Assembly: GCA_016192955.1 (NCBI GenBank)
Contig: JACPTD010000037.1
Coordinates: 1-33,107 of the forward strand
Reading direction: 5' to 3'
Origin: Candidatus Woesearchaeota archaeon
GTDB taxonomy: Archaea; Nanobdellota; Nanobdellia; Woesearchaeales; GW2011-AR4
Length of the DNA: 33,107 nucleotides
Every line of letters begins with the position of its first letter. Position 1 is the stretch's first letter. Both the position numbers and the translations under genes were made by a program. A model generated the notes under the pieces. That model did not search any database. It had not been told where the DNA came from and saw only the letters and a program-made list of their open reading frames with translations. Positions 32,001 through 33,107 of the stretch are shown in pieces.

Positions 32001-33107
32001 ATGCAAGTACAGCAGCGCTTCAAGAAATTTTGAAAGCATGGAAGGGAAATTTGAGGGATTTGACAATGGCACCTTTAAAATCATAAATAAGCATGAAATA
32101 ATACTGGAAAACGAGGGCAACTTTTTGTATTTTATAGCCTGCAAAAACAAGGCAGAGCTGAATTCAGAGACAAAAGACATTCCCTTTAGGGTTGATTTGA
32201 CGATTCCAATATCAATCATCTCACACACGCCTGAATTTTTCAGCTCAACAAACGCAGTGCTCGCTGTTGAAACAAACAAGAAATCCCAATGCAAATTTTC
32301 TGAAACTGACAGCACAGCCCAGAATGGGGAAATATTCGGCGGGGCAGGATACAGCCACACAAGACAAATGGCATTGGCTCCGGGAAAGCATACCTTTTAC
32401 ATAGTATGCAAAGACCAATTTCTGCAGAGATTTTCCGATGTTGCGCCTGTGACATTTACCATAGATGTCACTCCTCCGATAATCCTGTCGGTTGATGACA
32501 GCAGCACGCTTGCAGGCAATCCGGAATTCACATGGAGCACAGATACTTTGAGAGTAAAGTGGAACAGCATAGAAAACGAATCAAGGATAAGCTCGCATTT
32601 GTATTCTGTTATAGAATCTGGAACATCAAGAATTGTACTGAACTCAACCCAAAGCCTGCTGAATAATGAATGGGTGATTGCAACAAAGGCAAACGGCACC
32701 AGCTTGGGGCTGCTCAATGGCAACAGGTACTTCTTCAGGCTCAAGGCGCAAAACGTGGCAGGATTGTCCAGCAACATAAGCGAGAGTGACGGAATAACAA
32801 TTGACACAGCGCTTAAGCCGGTAAACTGCACAAACGGCATAAAAGACGAAAAGGAAACCGATATAGACTGCGGCTCCGGATGCGATTTATGCGTGACAGG
32901 AAAGAAATGCGCCATCAACACCGACTGCAGGACAAATTTCTGCAATAACGGAATATGCTCCGCTCCAAAATGCGATGATAATGTCAGGAACCAGGAAGAG
33001 AGCGATGCAGACTGCGGCGGCCCATGCAAAAAGTGCCAGGACAACCAGGTTTGCGGCAACAATAATGACTGTGAAAGCGGATTCTGCAGCTTTGGATTCT
33101 GCAAGCC
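29071..33107 (+). CDS. Giant secreted adhesin-like protein, 5' partial (more than 1345 codons, runs off the window)
   Basis: It is absent from the ORF track because it has no stop in the window. I read frame 1 from ATG 29071 codon by codon and found no stop through 33107. Signal peptide MTSIKKEAIFALFLTLIAVNSINA. Also present are CC-containing Cys-rich modules, the motif ECNDNIDNDNNGCAD, FN3-like and Ig-like segments, and two tandem ~47-aa repeats at 32827-33107 containing E[TS]D.DCG..C..C. Confidence 0.8.
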   Translation, partial: MTSIKKEAIFALFLTLIAVNSINALADELGCCSNTGSGLLACSADRLIYRDAECCPSPETNFPNYYRSEQNVNAPANANECKTSFFFTNRECSSVAACALGCCCSELGGTIKPEAQCSGTGSTFYRGQTNCNSVCQAPECNDNIDNDNNGCADFENGDLGCASPADADESGGSCASQGAGCNNPNYAPKLSNLQITPLKGQRKFLLRWQDECGQTASSYNILRCKNTGCTNFELAGTTNTNSFEDASQELEFDVTYTYQIKARYILQTALPTITKTATLGNIQCLGRMSSDNFCIHELNKAYSCDASNKLVPEGTSCSSNQICIISNNNPSCISKVNCNYNNANPFGLFYTIEGCENGRYCFYDRSASIVNSCFSCNPSMSCYDYKTEESCTRDNCRIGSCRWKNLANQLGTGVCAGTKEYNCQWCTSKGTSSSENLRAFNEVFDFCTKEKSNALSEAAFKCYFRDGTSKNCDQVVCRDYKPEECPAALISHDENNKINSPSSDDCGIKVCQKINNECVKNSDGDSSADCATALCESDYFAPNATLIPIINRGLVDKLIVQIYDKTSSNSSFILKTSSDYSTFLCVEPCGLQGHPYSVSTPSRTMIVSNLNIFDGGNGNRLLTLNEGANIIRYYSQDPAKNIGEVRKAAIEAHSRVDGPKIFSINISGASSQQGKFYTSNQKPTIEIEFFEPAIVTFSRIISRDGTRLASLQASSQTNKKFSFAIEQPLPLGEYIFELHAKNNDNIFMNPPLSQPIVIDNNMPTLSIVPLNGTVINNTQVVISLTFDKEANLDTVKLNSEDIKGLFSTSDNKIFTSTTSLQDGNKQLEVTARDFAGNQVTGSASFIVDANPTTINLISPRFGTSPNFIFDVLVETDNNAECRLSIDNNFEFEFMDRFATTGATSHTITNFNKIALGDTNTHKLNVRCRAQRGFSFASFDISVDPTPPQLKNAFAFPNPIVEKPSATKLTVESNEPVICKYSSASRNFESMEGKFEGFDNGTFKIINKHEIILENEGNFLYFIACKNKAELNSETKDIPFRVDLTIPISIISHTPEFFSSTNAVLAVETNKKSQCKFSETDSTAQNGEIFGGAGYSHTRQMALAPGKHTFYIVCKDQFLQRFSDVAPVTFTIDVTPPIILSVDDSSTLAGNPEFTWSTDTLRVKWNSIENESRISSHLYSVIESGTSRIVLNSTQSLLNNEWVIATKANGTSLGLLNGNRYFFRLKAQNVAGLSSNISESDGITIDTALKPVNCTNGIKDEKETDIDCGSGCDLCVTGKKCAINTDCRTNFCNNGICSAPKCDDNVRNQEESDADCGGPCKKCQDNQVCGNNNDCESGFCSFGFCK

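Noticed and set aside
29402-33104. Ten minus-strand ORFs in the track (29402..29623, 29734..29919, 30191..30388, 30222..30452, 31203..31514, 31530..31835, 31857..32360, 32240..32455, 32397..33104 and similar).
   Set aside because: All lie antisense to the continuous plus-strand frame-1 ORF from 29071 to the window end. Their translations are low-complexity and Cys/Ser/Leu-rich with no motifs. They are shadow ORFs of the giant gene.
1-33107. Search by eye for CRISPR arrays, tRNA or rRNA genes, and tandem DNA repeats.
   Set aside because: I found no regularly spaced direct repeats, no tRNA-like T-arm/acceptor signatures in the intergenic regions, and no rRNA-like segments. A covariance-model scan (tRNAscan-SE/Infernal) would be needed to exclude small ncRNAs.

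Overview
This is an archaeal chromosomal window of roughly 40% GC by eye. Orc1/Cdc6, PolD DP1 and DP2, MCM, TBP and aIF2-beta fix the domain. A small-genome, DPANN-like lineage is my inference only.

Gene content, in order:
- 1-2850: a bacterial-type secreted M15A/DUF882 peptidase gene. It abuts a low-GC island carrying a free-standing LAGLIDADG homing endonuclease and an orphan membrane protein.
- 2854-6014: a minus-strand operon of split transketolase (N and C subunits) plus a small EamA transporter, followed by a TrmB-family regulator.
- 6015-12523: a replication module. A candidate oriC (inverted ORB-like elements around an AT-rich stretch) sits directly upstream of tightly packed orc1/cdc6, PolD small subunit and PolD large subunit. 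The large subunit is broken by a +1 frameshift just before its GGFRLRYGR motif.
- 12601-13376: a 776-bp single-gene cassette bounded by perfect 62-bp inverted repeats. I rate this the most unusual object in the window.
- 13434-20452: aIF2-beta, a SpoIIM-like membrane protein, an RPA32-like OB-fold protein, a low-GC orphan, MCM interrupted by a 531-aa LAGLIDADG intein, and TBP.
- 20740-25474: a DUF4143 AAA ATPase, a short frameshifted Rpp30-like gene, a membrane acyltransferase-like protein, and a speH / membrane-fused speE pair.
- 25629 to the window end: three translationally coupled genes (ATGA overlaps) for extracellular proteins. They encode a Cys-rich secreted protein, a protein with a pilin-like N-terminus, and a giant adhesin-like ORF of more than 1345 codons.

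The supplied ORF track does not list the giant ORF because it has no stop codon inside the window. I saw no rRNA, tRNA or CRISPR array by eye. All family assignments rest on motifs I can read in the translations; no database search was run.
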